From a virus: a DNA stretch of 64,000 nt. Each line of letters starts with the position of its first letter. Positions within the stretch are counted from its first letter, which is position 1. The stretch is from positions 32,001-96,000 of the IMG/VR virus record IMGVR_UViG_3300008952_003220; one strand, given 5' to 3'. The notes under the pieces were generated by a model. The model was not told the DNA's origin, did no database searches, and saw nothing but the letters and a program-made list of their open reading frames with translations. This document shows, piece after piece, positions 39,500 to 48,199 of this stretch. The translations under genes and the position numbers were made by a program.

Positions 39500-39566
39500 T
39501 ATAGATTTTATAAAAAATCATATTTTTTTATATAATCTTTTGAATCCAAAATATAGCTTAATTTAA

Positions 39567-40061
39567 ATGAGCGAGGAAAGAATGTCAAAAAATCTATTAA
39601 CACAAGAAGGCTACAATAGCCTATTCGAGAAGCTTAGAGTTCTTAAGTCCGTAGATAGAAAGAACGTTTCTAAGGAGATTGAGGTCGCCAGGGAGCATGG
39701 TGATATAAGCGAAAATGCCGAATACTCCTATGCAAAAGAAAAGCAAGCCCTTATTGAATCTAAGATCGCTAAAATAGAATCACACCTAGCAAACTCTGAA
39801 ATTATAACAAAAAATATGATAAATACAGACGGTAGCATTGTTTTTGGCTGCTGGGCTCATTTGCTAAATCAAGACACTGATGAAAAGAGAGTTTATAGAA
39901 TAGTTGGTGAAACTGAATCTGATATCAAAGGCGGAAAGATAAGCTATAAGACACCTTTTGCTAGAGAGATAATTGGCAGAAAAGCAGGTGATGAAGTTGA
40001 GTTTGTCACACCAAAGGGTGAGGAGCAATATTGGGAAGTTGTCAATGTCACTTATGAATAA
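39567..40061 (+). CDS. greA: transcription elongation factor GreA
   Basis: AREHGDISENAEY and ISYKTP. Confidence 0.95.
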   Translation: MSEERMSKNLLTQEGYNSLFEKLRVLKSVDRKNVSKEIEVAREHGDISENAEYSYAKEKQALIESKIAKIESHLANSEIITKNMINTDGSIVFGCWAHLLNQDTDEKRVYRIVGETESDIKGGKISYKTPFAREIIGRKAGDEVEFVTPKGEEQYWEVVNVTYE

Positions 40062-40073
40062 AGGAATAATAAG

Positions 40074-40259
40074 ATGAAAAAAGAAGAAATCAACCAGGTA
40101 ATTAACTTAAGAGAATATGTCATTAAAAGCTATAACAGCCTTGATGGCGGAACCGCACCAGGAACTTCTATCATAAAGCAGGCTAAGGTTGCTATCACAT
40201 ATGAGACTTTAATTAAAATGATTGATGACATTTTGAAAGAGCACGTTAGCTTTTCATAA
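40074..40259 (+). CDS. hypothetical protein
   Basis: 61-aa ORF. Confidence 0.6.
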   Translation: MKKEEINQVINLREYVIKSYNSLDGGTAPGTSIIKQAKVAITYETLIKMIDDILKEHVSFS

Positions 40260-40363
40260 ATTGAAATAAAAAAATCTTAAAAATTTCAACTCAAACCCTC
40301 CAAAGGTGCATATGTATTTTTGTGGGGGTTTACGATTAAGGGCCCCCAGGGGGCTTTTAAATT

Positions 40364-41359
40364 GTGATAAGATTACTTCTTCTCTTTCTGCTTTGCTCAT
40401 GTGTTAATACCGATTATATGGTGGTCGGAGGTGGAACTGGAGAAACAGAGGTTATCACTATCTATGAAGAGGTTGAGGTTCCCATATACATTTATGAGGA
40501 AGTCCCAACAGATCCAGGCGAAATCTGGATAGATTCTTTTATACAGCCCATGTCTGTTGACGGCGTTGATATCCTTTGGGTCATTGATACCTCTGGGTCA
40601 ATGAATAGATACGATGCAGAGCTGATGTCTGGAATTGAAGCTATGATGCTTGCTCTTCCCGATTCAGGCTGGCGACTTGCGATGATGTCAAATGACCCAG
40701 GAGCAGCCTCAATTGAATCACAGTTCCCTCTTGTTCCGGGAGATGATGTTGCAGATGCAGAGGCGATGTATCAAAACATGGGTCGAGGACATAGAGAAGA
40801 GGGATTTGATGCTTCTTACGAGTATATTGTAAATAATACCTATGCTCAAACCTGGCTGAGATATGACTCTGCCTTGCTGGTCGTGTTTGTATCAGATGAA
40901 GAAGAGCAAAGCGATGATCACTTTCCGGTAGTTGGTGACTATATAGACTGGTATTCTCAACAGAGAAATGGATCTTCCTTTTTATCAAGTATCATCAATG
41001 TAGACCCATCAGTCTCTCTTTGCAATACAAATGCATACAACAATGGTGACAGATACGAGGAGGCTACAAGCTATTTCGGAGGTCAGATTGTTGATATATG
41101 CTCTGAAGACTGGAGCGCTGGTGTTATAGATGCAGCCTCTAGGCTGGAGCCGTATGAATATCTTGAACTAACGTATGAGCCCATTGAAGAATCGATTAGG
41201 GTTTTCATAGATGGTTCTCTAGATTACGACTGGTACTATTCCTCGACAGATAACACAGTCTACTTTACTATTATGCCTGGTGGGAATGAGCTAGTTGAAA
41301 TTGGATACAGATATTTTCCACCTTCAGAAAGCGGAGACACCGGTGATACGGGCATCTGA
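40364..41359 (+). CDS. VWA-domain lipoprotein
   Basis: Lipobox-like LLCSC, DTSGS MIDAS, VSDEE, C-terminal GDTGDTG. Confidence 0.8.
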   Translation: MIRLLLLFLLCSCVNTDYMVVGGGTGETEVITIYEEVEVPIYIYEEVPTDPGEIWIDSFIQPMSVDGVDILWVIDTSGSMNRYDAELMSGIEAMMLALPDSGWRLAMMSNDPGAASIESQFPLVPGDDVADAEAMYQNMGRGHREEGFDASYEYIVNNTYAQTWLRYDSALLVVFVSDEEEQSDDHFPVVGDYIDWYSQQRNGSSFLSSIINVDPSVSLCNTNAYNNGDRYEEATSYFGGQIVDICSEDWSAGVIDAASRLEPYEYLELTYEPIEESIRVFIDGSLDYDWYYSSTDNTVYFTIMPGGNELVEIGYRYFPPSESGDTGDTGI

Positions 41360-41508
41360 AATATTTTGGTCAGTAATTTTTACAACAAATCTTGTTGTTA
41401 TGATTAATTGCATTATTCAAGATAAAGAGATGGGAATATTCCTCTCCGGGTTTGGGTTACTGATGTCGCTTTATATGACGACTAGAGAAAAGCAAGAATA
41501 GCATAATA

Positions 41509-41537
41509 GTGTAAAGCCTATCACGCATCTATATAAT
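41509..41537 (+). promoter_or_regulatory. GTGTAA-N17-TATAAT promoter upstream of the tRNA fragment
   Basis: Exact class A consensus. Confidence 0.7.
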
Positions 41538-41547
41538 TAAAACACTT

Positions 41548-41581
41548 GGCCCATTGGTGTAGCTGGTAGACGCATGGGATT
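41548..41581 (+). pseudogene. 5' half of a Leu-type tRNA (positions 1-33)
   Basis: GGCCCAT-TG-GTG-TAGCTGGTAGA-CGC-A-TGGGA-TT, then no 3' anticodon strand or T arm. Confidence 0.7.
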
Positions 41582-41634
41582 ACTATAATAATGTGTTATA
41601 CAAGTTTAGCTTTACTAGTATAATTATTTTAAAT

Positions 41635-41721
41635 GCGGGCATGGTGTAATTGGTAGCCACAACGGGCTTAAAACCCGTTGATCGTATGATCGTCTCGGTT
41701 CGAATCCGGGTGCCCGTACCA
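41635..41721 (+). tRNA. tRNA-Leu(TAA)
   Basis: Cloverleaf with ACGGG-CT-TAA-AA-CCCGT, long variable arm, TTCGAAT and CCA. Confidence 0.95.
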
Positions 41722-41738
41722 TTTAATAAGGTTCAATT

Positions 41739-42209
41739 ATGGCTTACAGTAAATCAAAATGTAGTGACGAAGAGATCATTGAAGCCTGCCGTGCTGAACT
41801 CACGATGGCAAAAGCTGCAGTTAAATGTGATCTTCATTTTTCGACTTTTAAAAGAAGGGCTATTGGGCTTGGTGTCTATAGACCAAATCAGGGTGGTCAA
41901 AACACAAAAAAAGGGCCCTATAGCACACGAATTCCAACTGAAGAAATATTAAAAGGAAAACACCCATCATATCAAACTTATAAATTAAGATGTCGAATGA
42001 TAGAAGAAAATATATTAGAGTATCTGTGTAACGAATGTGGCATTGATGAATATAACAGAAAGCCAATTTCACTTGAGCTAGATCACATTAATGGTATAAG
42101 ACATGATCATAGATTAGAAAATTTACGATTATTATGTCCTAATTGTCATTCACAGACACCAACATATCGTTTTAAGATAGGTACTGCAAGGAATATAGAT
42201 GATAATTAA
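41739..42209 (+). CDS. free-standing HNH (homing) endonuclease
   Basis: CNEC...ELDHING...NLRLLCPNCH; N-terminal HTH-like region. Confidence 0.9.
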   Translation: MAYSKSKCSDEEIIEACRAELTMAKAAVKCDLHFSTFKRRAIGLGVYRPNQGGQNTKKGPYSTRIPTEEILKGKHPSYQTYKLRCRMIEENILEYLCNECGIDEYNRKPISLELDHINGIRHDHRLENLRLLCPNCHSQTPTYRFKIGTARNIDDN

Positions 42210-42283
42210 TAATAATTTTTATGTCATAGCGAGAAAAAGAAAACATCTCTCAAACTTGTCGATTATTCTAAATATTTATTCAC

Positions 42284-42784
42284 ATGCACCATCTTAGCTC
42301 TCTAGTCTCAGATTCTCATGAAATCTGGCACACGGGCTCGGGAAATCAGATACGGTTTGAACAGATAATGACTCACATAACATCTCATGCGCTGCTTGGT
42401 GGAAGAGTATTTATTGGAACAGATAGCATGTTAAGATCTGATTCTTGTGTGTTTGCTACAGCTATCTGTCTTCACGGAAGCACGGGACAGTCTGGCGGAA
42501 GATATTTTTTTAAAAGAGAGACACAAAAAGATAGAGACTATACTAATCTCAATTCTAGAATGCTAAAAGAAGTTCAAGAATCTATTGAGATGGCAGGAAA
42601 AATCGTCGATTGCTCACCAAGCGCAGACATTGAGATACACATTGATGTTGGAATTAGTGAAAGGTCTAAGACAAGAAATCTTGTTGAGTCTCTAAGGGGC
42701 TGGGCTGCAGCAGCAGGTTTTTCATGTAGAGTAAAGCCTTATGCCTGGGCATCTGCATCTGTTGCAGATAGACATACTAAGTGA
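42284..42784 (+). CDS. RNase H-like YkuK/DUF458 family protein
   Basis: IGTDS, EIHIDVG and KPYAWASASVADRH. Confidence 0.85.
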   Translation: MHHLSSLVSDSHEIWHTGSGNQIRFEQIMTHITSHALLGGRVFIGTDSMLRSDSCVFATAICLHGSTGQSGGRYFFKRETQKDRDYTNLNSRMLKEVQESIEMAGKIVDCSPSADIEIHIDVGISERSKTRNLVESLRGWAAAAGFSCRVKPYAWASASVADRHTK

Positions 42785-42823
42785 GATATATATAAAGTAG
42801 CTGCTTCGTTAAAAGGAGAAAGA

Positions 42824-43243
42824 ATGAGAAGGTCAGAGATAAAAAAGTTTATTAGAGAAATGTGCGGAGAGTCTGATCATTATACAGGAGAAGATTTGCA
42901 TACACATATTAGAGATTCTCTTTCTAGCGGCGCTGCTCCTTTCGTTGATGTAAGTTGCTCAGATAGAAACGGATATGCTGTCGTCTGCGATGTTTTAGAT
43001 GACCTTAGCAGGAGAGATTCTCGGTATAGTGTTGATATGGGATTTGAAGGATTTTTTGAAAATGAACTAGGAGAAGATGTTTTTTTTCTTTTTTCAATAG
43101 ACGAAGTAGATCCATCATCTCTTGAGATTCATGACGTAGATGATGAAAGATACGAAGAGCAAATAGATGACTGCAGCTTAAATGAAAAGTTAAGTTTGAG
43201 AAGCATAACAAGAGACTTCCTTTTAGAAAAAATTGTTGACTAG
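42824..43243 (+). CDS. tagged acidic protein
   Basis: MRRSEIKKFIRE; C-terminal LNE..LRSITRDFLLE. Confidence 0.65.
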   Translation: MRRSEIKKFIREMCGESDHYTGEDLHTHIRDSLSSGAAPFVDVSCSDRNGYAVVCDVLDDLSRRDSRYSVDMGFEGFFENELGEDVFFLFSIDEVDPSSLEIHDVDDERYEEQIDDCSLNEKLSLRSITRDFLLEKIVD

Positions 43244-43306
43244 TGTGAAATCACTCAATGTTATTGAGTAAATATTAAATTGATATAGATTCGTAGAGAG
43301 GTTTTT

Positions 43307-43636
43307 ATGATTAGCACAGATGACTTTCTTAAGACAGTTATAGACAGAGCAGTCAAGAAGGTAATTTGCATGTCACTAGAGATTCCTGAAGATGATTTCA
43401 ATCCAGGAAAAGCAGAATACTATGCTGTTTGGAAAAGAAAGATAGTAGGTGACAAATCGCTTTCTAGATTAAAGATACGGCGGGACAGGTACCAAGATTT
43501 TTATGATGTGCCTATGAATCTAATTGAAGACGAGGGTCTTCTTTGGGACGACGTCATAGAATATCTTATTGAACATAGATCTAAAAAGATCTCACCTAAA
43601 GATTTTATGCTAGAGAATAGATTGATCTATTCATAA
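43307..43636 (+). CDS. hypothetical protein
   Basis: 109 aa with GAGG RBS. Confidence 0.7.
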   Translation: MISTDDFLKTVIDRAVKKVICMSLEIPEDDFNPGKAEYYAVWKRKIVGDKSLSRLKIRRDRYQDFYDVPMNLIEDEGLLWDDVIEYLIEHRSKKISPKDFMLENRLIYS

Positions 43637-43657
43637 TTTTAAATATATTATTGACTT

Positions 43658-43771
43658 TCCTGATAGAGCAGCTTGAGAATCCCGCTATAGTCTCGCTGCA
43701 TAGTCTAAGAGCGCGGGACTCTTTGTACTGTATCAGGACCCGCAGGGAGGCACGGGGTCACAGGTGTCTCA
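43658..43771 (+). ncRNA. candidate structured RNA: multi-helix domain plus 35-nt pseudoknot
   Basis: TCCTGATA/TATCAGGA, TCCCGC/GCGGGA and GCAGC..GAGA/TCTC-GCTGC helices in a GC-rich intergenic island; pseudoknot at 43737-43771. Confidence 0.6.
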
Positions 43772-43787
43772 CACTTAAGGGTATGTT

Positions 43788-44120
43788 TTGAGTAAAAAAA
43801 GAAATATAAAGGAAGGGCAGATCTATCTTGTTAGAACAGCAGCAAGCGTCAATGTTCTAAAGAAGATTATTAAAATAGATGATTTGGAAAAAGGATGGTA
43901 CACAGGGTGTCTTGTTTCTGAAGAAGATAAGCAGGCCCTTATCAAGCAGCAAGTCGCTTATTTAAAACATGAGAAGCCGAGTGAATGTATATCCTGGATA
44001 TCCGAATCAGATATAATAAAACGCGTGTATAATAAAAAAAATAGTGGTACAATAAAGGGTACAAAGCGAAAAACAAGAAGGCGTGTATATGATCCGAATT
44101 CTAGGAAAGATTCCAAATAG
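43788..44120 (+). CDS. SH3-like basic protein
   Basis: IKEGQIYLV. Confidence 0.55.
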   Translation: MSKKRNIKEGQIYLVRTAASVNVLKKIIKIDDLEKGWYTGCLVSEEDKQALIKQQVAYLKHEKPSECISWISESDIIKRVYNKKNSGTIKGTKRKTRRRVYDPNSRKDSK

Positions 44121-44709
44121 GATTACAGTCGCATGCAGCGGCGGTCCTGATTCAATGGCTATTGTTGATTTTTTGATTAAAGGTAGAAAGAATGTAACTG
44201 TCGCATACTTTAATCACGGAACAGATCACGGCTCTGAGGCTGCTGGGTTTGTTTTTGATTTCTGCAAAAAAAGAGATATCCCAATCATTTCAGGAAGTAT
44301 GACAGCCCCAAAGACAAGTGATAAATCCTGGGAAGAGCACTGGCGAGATGAAAGATATAGATGGCTAAGCTGTATTGCAGGAGACGTCATAACAGGTCAT
44401 CATCTCGATGATTCTGCTGAATGGTATCTGTTTACTTCTTTGCATGGAAACGCGAGATTGATTCCGTATAGAAGAGACAATGTAGTCAGGCCATTTTTGA
44501 CAACTCCGAAGTTAGAGTTTATAAGCTGGTGCGATAGAAATAGTATTGAATATCTTAGGGATCCTTCTAATGAGAATGAGAAATTCATGAGATCTATTAT
44601 TAGAAATAAAATAATGCCCCAATGCCTAAGAGTGAATCCTGGATTGAGAAAGGTCATTAAGAAAAAAATTACTACTGAATATAAAGAAAAATGGGAGAAT
44701 AAAAATTGA
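44083..44709 (+). CDS. tilS: tRNA(Ile2) lysidine synthetase, catalytic domain only
   Basis: SGGPDS PP-loop, NHG, RDERY, GHHLDD, RPFL, DPSN and RSIIR. Confidence 0.88.
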   Translation: MYMIRILGKIPNRITVACSGGPDSMAIVDFLIKGRKNVTVAYFNHGTDHGSEAAGFVFDFCKKRDIPIISGSMTAPKTSDKSWEEHWRDERYRWLSCIAGDVITGHHLDDSAEWYLFTSLHGNARLIPYRRDNVVRPFLTTPKLEFISWCDRNSIEYLRDPSNENEKFMRSIIRNKIMPQCLRVNPGLRKVIKKKITTEYKEKWENKN

Positions 44710-45737
44710 AAATCAATAAGCTTATAGAGGGATTGTGCTTTGATGATGTTTTGCTGCTACCGCAGTATAGTGAGATCTTTTCTAGAAAAGAAACTGACAC
44801 GTCAGTTCAAGTTAAGAATTTAGGTGATCTTGGGATCCCTGTTGTTTCGAGTCCAATGGATACAGTCACTGAGTCTTCAATGGCAACTGCAATGAGTCAG
44901 CTAGGCGGTCTAGGAATTATACACAGGTACAATACTATTAAGGACCAGTCGCTGATTGTTAAAAAGTCAATTGACAAAGGGGCAGATTTGGTTGGTGTGG
45001 CAGTTGGCGTTTCTGGTGACTATGTTGATCGGGCGCTGTCTGCTTGCAAGGCAGGAGCAAAGGTTATATGTGTTGACATTGCACATGGCCATCACGCTCT
45101 CATGCGATATGCTTTGAAAACCCTTCGGAACACGTTTGGCGATGATATTCATATCATGGCTGGAAATGTTGCTACTGCTGCTGCATTTAATGATCTTTCT
45201 GACTGGGGTGCTGATAGCATTCGTGTTGGTGTTGGTGGTGGGTCTATCTGCTCTACCAGAATTCAGACAGGTCACGGTGTTCCTACGTTGCAGTCTATTA
45301 TTGATTGCTCCTATTCTGATAGGGACTCGCTGCTCATCGCTGATGGTGGTATTAAGAATTCTGGAGATATTGTTAAGTCGCTTGCTGCAGGCGCAGATCT
45401 TGTCATGCTCGGCTCTATGCTTGCTGGAACAACTGAAGCCCCTGGAGAGATTATCTATTTAGATGGGGGTAGGTGCAAGGCATATAGGGGAATGGCTAGT
45501 AAAGATGCTCAAATTGACTGGAGAGGGCATACAGCTTCAATTGAGGGAGTTTCCTCAACTGTCCCACTAAAAGGGCCAGTTAAAGATATCATTGGTGAGA
45601 TTATAACTGGTGTTAGAAGCGGAATGTCCTATAGCGGGGCTAAGACACTTAGAGAGCTGACATTTAAATCTAGGTTCATCAGACAGACTTCAGCGGGGTC
45701 TGTTGAGAGCTCCACACATATTTTAAAAAATGGATGA
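44706..45737 (+). CDS. IMPDH/GMP reductase family enzyme without CBS domains (probably GMP reductase)
   Basis: [26 protein letters not shown] and YRGMAS; no Arg-Tyr dyad in the flap. Confidence 0.88.
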   Translation: MKINKLIEGLCFDDVLLLPQYSEIFSRKETDTSVQVKNLGDLGIPVVSSPMDTVTESSMATAMSQLGGLGIIHRYNTIKDQSLIVKKSIDKGADLVGVAVGVSGDYVDRALSACKAGAKVICVDIAHGHHALMRYALKTLRNTFGDDIHIMAGNVATAAAFNDLSDWGADSIRVGVGGGSICSTRIQTGHGVPTLQSIIDCSYSDRDSLLIADGGIKNSGDIVKSLAAGADLVMLGSMLAGTTEAPGEIIYLDGGRCKAYRGMASKDAQIDWRGHTASIEGVSSTVPLKGPVKDIIGEIITGVRSGMSYSGAKTLRELTFKSRFIRQTSAGSVESSTHILKNG

Positions 45738-45945
45738 TGAAAAAGATGTTTCCCCTGGAGATCTTGTTGAGATAACTTGGTCAAACTTTGGAAAGGGGCT
45801 TGCTCTTGTCTTAGATGTTTTCTCTGCTAAGAATGTTAGCTCCGGTGAGATAAATTTTATAGGAAGGGCAATTTGCAGCGGGTCTATCATTAATTTTATG
45901 CCTGGCTGTCACGTCCATTTATTAGCAACATCTAGTGTAAACTAA
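45730..45945 (+). CDS. small SH3-like protein
   Basis: VSPGDLVEI. Confidence 0.55.
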   Translation: MDDEKDVSPGDLVEITWSNFGKGLALVLDVFSAKNVSSGEINFIGRAICSGSIINFMPGCHVHLLATSSVN

Positions 45946-45972
45946 GCTAATAAGAGATATACTAATGATCAT

Positions 45973-46049
45973 GGGGAGTTAGCTCAATCGGTCAGAGCAA
46001 CGGTCTCATAAACCGTAGGTTCTGGGTTCAAGCCCCAGGCTCCCTACCA
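45973..46049 (+). tRNA. tRNA with CAT anticodon (Ile2 or elongator Met)
   Basis: ACGGT-CT-CAT-AA-ACCGT and CCA end; class A promoter at 45935; no initiator features. Confidence 0.92.
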
Positions 46050-46063
46050 ATTATGTCATTAAG

Positions 46064-46861
46064 ATGAAAAAAAAAGAAAAGATAGACCCTAGCTGGAAAG
46101 AAGTGCATTATCCAATCTGCGATGTGCCCTTGGCAGCTGATGAGCAGAAGCTAGTCTTAGAAGAGATGAGATATCTTTATAGTCTTGTAGAGCACTTTAA
46201 TAATGAAATAGCCTCTCAAAGATACCGAAGTATGTCGATGACTGAAATCATAGAAGATCTCAATCTAGATCACAATAGCATCGTTATTGATCTTGGGACT
46301 TTTGTTGGCCAGCAGATAGAAGACCTTGCAGAGGCTAATGTTGAAGTTCACGCATTTGAGCCCCATCCAATATTTTCAAAATCTCTTGAAGAGAGGTTCT
46401 CTTCATATAAAAATGTCATCATAAATCCAATTGCAGCCGGTGCAGTTGATGGTGAGTTTGATCTCTTTTATCAGAGAGCTAGTGACGATTTTAATGGGGG
46501 AGCCTCACTTGTAATTCACAAGATGGATACACACATAGACTTTTTTAAAAAGGTTGAGAGGGGTCCCGAAGTCAGTCACAAGGTCAGGTGTGTTGATATT
46601 TCAGACTATATTTCTTCTCTTGATAGGCAGATTGACATTTTAAAGATAGATGTTGAAGGTTTTGAATACATTATACTTTCTCGACTAATCGAGACGGGAA
46701 TGATTGATAAGGTAGACCGTATCTTTTTTGCCGATCACCGCGATGATTTTTTCGCAATAGAGTGGTTTAGAATTGCAATTAAGACTATTAGAGAGGCATC
46801 AAATACACCTAAAAATATTGAGAAAATATTTTCTAGGCATACAGCTCATATTGAAAAATAG
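46064..46861 (+). CDS. FkbM family methyltransferase
   Basis: IDLGTFVG, AFEP and LKIDVEGFE. Confidence 0.9.
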   Translation: MKKKEKIDPSWKEVHYPICDVPLAADEQKLVLEEMRYLYSLVEHFNNEIASQRYRSMSMTEIIEDLNLDHNSIVIDLGTFVGQQIEDLAEANVEVHAFEPHPIFSKSLEERFSSYKNVIINPIAAGAVDGEFDLFYQRASDDFNGGASLVIHKMDTHIDFFKKVERGPEVSHKVRCVDISDYISSLDRQIDILKIDVEGFEYIILSRLIETGMIDKVDRIFFADHRDDFFAIEWFRIAIKTIREASNTPKNIEKIFSRHTAHIEK

Positions 46862-46921
46862 CATTTTCTTTTTTATCATTTGGCTGTATAATATAATAAT
46901 CGTTATGGAGAAATTTAATTA

Positions 46922-47605
46922 ATGATCAACTTACATGGAAAAGATGGGGTTATGAACTTTCTCATCCGTCGTTACGGATATGAGTCATATCTAGAAATTG
47001 GTGGGCAACCTGCTTCTGAGAGAGCAACATACCATAAGGTTAAATGCAGAACAAAGGACTCTATTGATCCAGACCCAAATGCTGCAGCAACTGATCTTCC
47101 CAGTGGGATGACACACCATTTTATGATGTCTGATGAGTTCTTTGAAAAAAATGCTGGTAAGAAAAAGTTTGATCTTGTTTTTATTGATGGGTACCATGAG
47201 CATCAACAAGTTCTTAGAGATATCACTAATTCTTTAGAATGCTTGACAGAGAATGGAACAATTGTTCTCCACGACATGCTTCCTCCGACGAGAGATCTCG
47301 AGGCAATAAATAGAACTGGGACAGGCTGGCGCGCATTTGCAGACCTAAGAGCATCTCGAGAAGATCTCACCATGTTCACATGTCCGCCGCCGTGGGGAAC
47401 AGAGGACGGACTAGGTGTTATTAGAAGAGGAAAGCAGGATATTTTTACCAAGGATGTTGAATATGACTATGATTTTTTTCTAGAGAATAGAAATCAATTA
47501 ATGAATATTATTACGCCTACAGAATTTTTAGCGAATGTAGGTGTTATCGTTATTCAGTGTCCAGAGTGCAGCTCAAATATCATCCTTCAGTCAAATGAAC
47601 AATAA
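46922..47605 (+). CDS. class I SAM-dependent methyltransferase
   Basis: YLEIG, FDLVFIDGYH and IVLHD. Confidence 0.88.
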   Translation: MINLHGKDGVMNFLIRRYGYESYLEIGGQPASERATYHKVKCRTKDSIDPDPNAAATDLPSGMTHHFMMSDEFFEKNAGKKKFDLVFIDGYHEHQQVLRDITNSLECLTENGTIVLHDMLPPTRDLEAINRTGTGWRAFADLRASREDLTMFTCPPPWGTEDGLGVIRRGKQDIFTKDVEYDYDFFLENRNQLMNIITPTEFLANVGVIVIQCPECSSNIILQSNEQ

Positions 47606-47696
47606 GAATCGTAATATTTTAGATTAAGATTAAACAAATTTTAAAATAATGATAATTTACCAAGATGCTCTATAAAGAGCTAAGGAGAGAAAAAAC

Positions 47697-48071
47697 ATGC
47701 TACAAAAAGCTAAAGATCTTTGGGCAAGCTGGAAGGTTCAGCTTAGTTTTGTTGGAGGCGCACTTGTTGTTTCCGCTGTTTGGGGAACGTGCACATACGA
47801 GCCCCCAGAAGCTGATCTAGAGGTTTCTGCAACGACCACTGATAATCAGGACGGTACTGCCAATACAACATCAACAGAAGCTGATGGTGAGACCACTACG
47901 ACCACTACGACATCTGACGGGACTGGGACCACAACCGGTAACAATACAACGACAGATGCCAATACCACCACAACTACTGGAGATAATACATCTGCTAATA
48001 CCGGTGATACCACTACCACTACCACTACTACTACAACTGGTAATGGGACAACTGAGAGCACAGATAATTAG
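47697..48071 (+). CDS. membrane-anchored Thr-rich low-complexity protein
   Basis: N-terminal hydrophobic segment followed by poly-Thr/Asn/Gly. Confidence 0.75.
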   Translation: MLQKAKDLWASWKVQLSFVGGALVVSAVWGTCTYEPPEADLEVSATTTDNQDGTANTTSTEADGETTTTTTTSDGTGTTTGNNTTTDANTTTTTGDNTSANTGDTTTTTTTTTTGNGTTESTDN

Positions 48072-48081
48072 ATAAAAAATG

Positions 48082-48111
48082 ATCTCACCTCTTTTTAAAA
48101 AGAGGTGAGAT
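48082..48111. repeat. perfect 30-bp palindrome
   Basis: ATCTCACCTCTTTTT|AAAAAGAGGTGAGAT. Confidence 0.9.
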
Positions 48112-48123
48112 TAAAAATCCCCC

Positions 48124-48158
48124 AAACCGCAGGGAGGCACGGGTTAACAGGTGCCTCA
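48124..48158 (+). ncRNA. second copy of the 35-nt pseudoknot motif
   Basis: AAACCGCAGGGAGGCACGGGTTAACAGGTGCCTCA, 30/35 identical to 43737-43771. Confidence 0.65.
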
Positions 48159-48199
48159 TTTTTTATTTATCTTTTTCTTCTTTCTGTAAATAATTATGA

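Noticed and set aside
40293-40358. Two hairpins before the VWA lipoprotein as a riboswitch
   Set aside because: Single copy with no recognisable motif; may simply be a terminator or leader
41650-41952. 100-aa ORF in the track
   Set aside because: It overlaps tRNA-Leu and the HNH gene in another frame
41548-42283. Group I intron interrupting the tRNA after U33
   Set aside because: No 3' exon or recognisable catalytic core was found; the insert holds a promoter and a complete different tRNA
43650-43771. HDV-like/theta ribozyme, SRP RNA, 6S RNA or guanidine-III riboswitch
   Set aside because: The required conserved elements (L3 UCC with P1.1, SRP helix 8, guanidine-III loop sequences) could not be fitted by eye; left as unassigned
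45973-46049. Initiator tRNA-fMet
   Set aside because: It lacks the three G-C anticodon-stem pairs and the C1 mismatch
47846-48061. Poly-Val minus-strand ORF
   Set aside because: It is the antisense of the poly-Thr gene; most other minus-strand ORFs in the track are similar shadows
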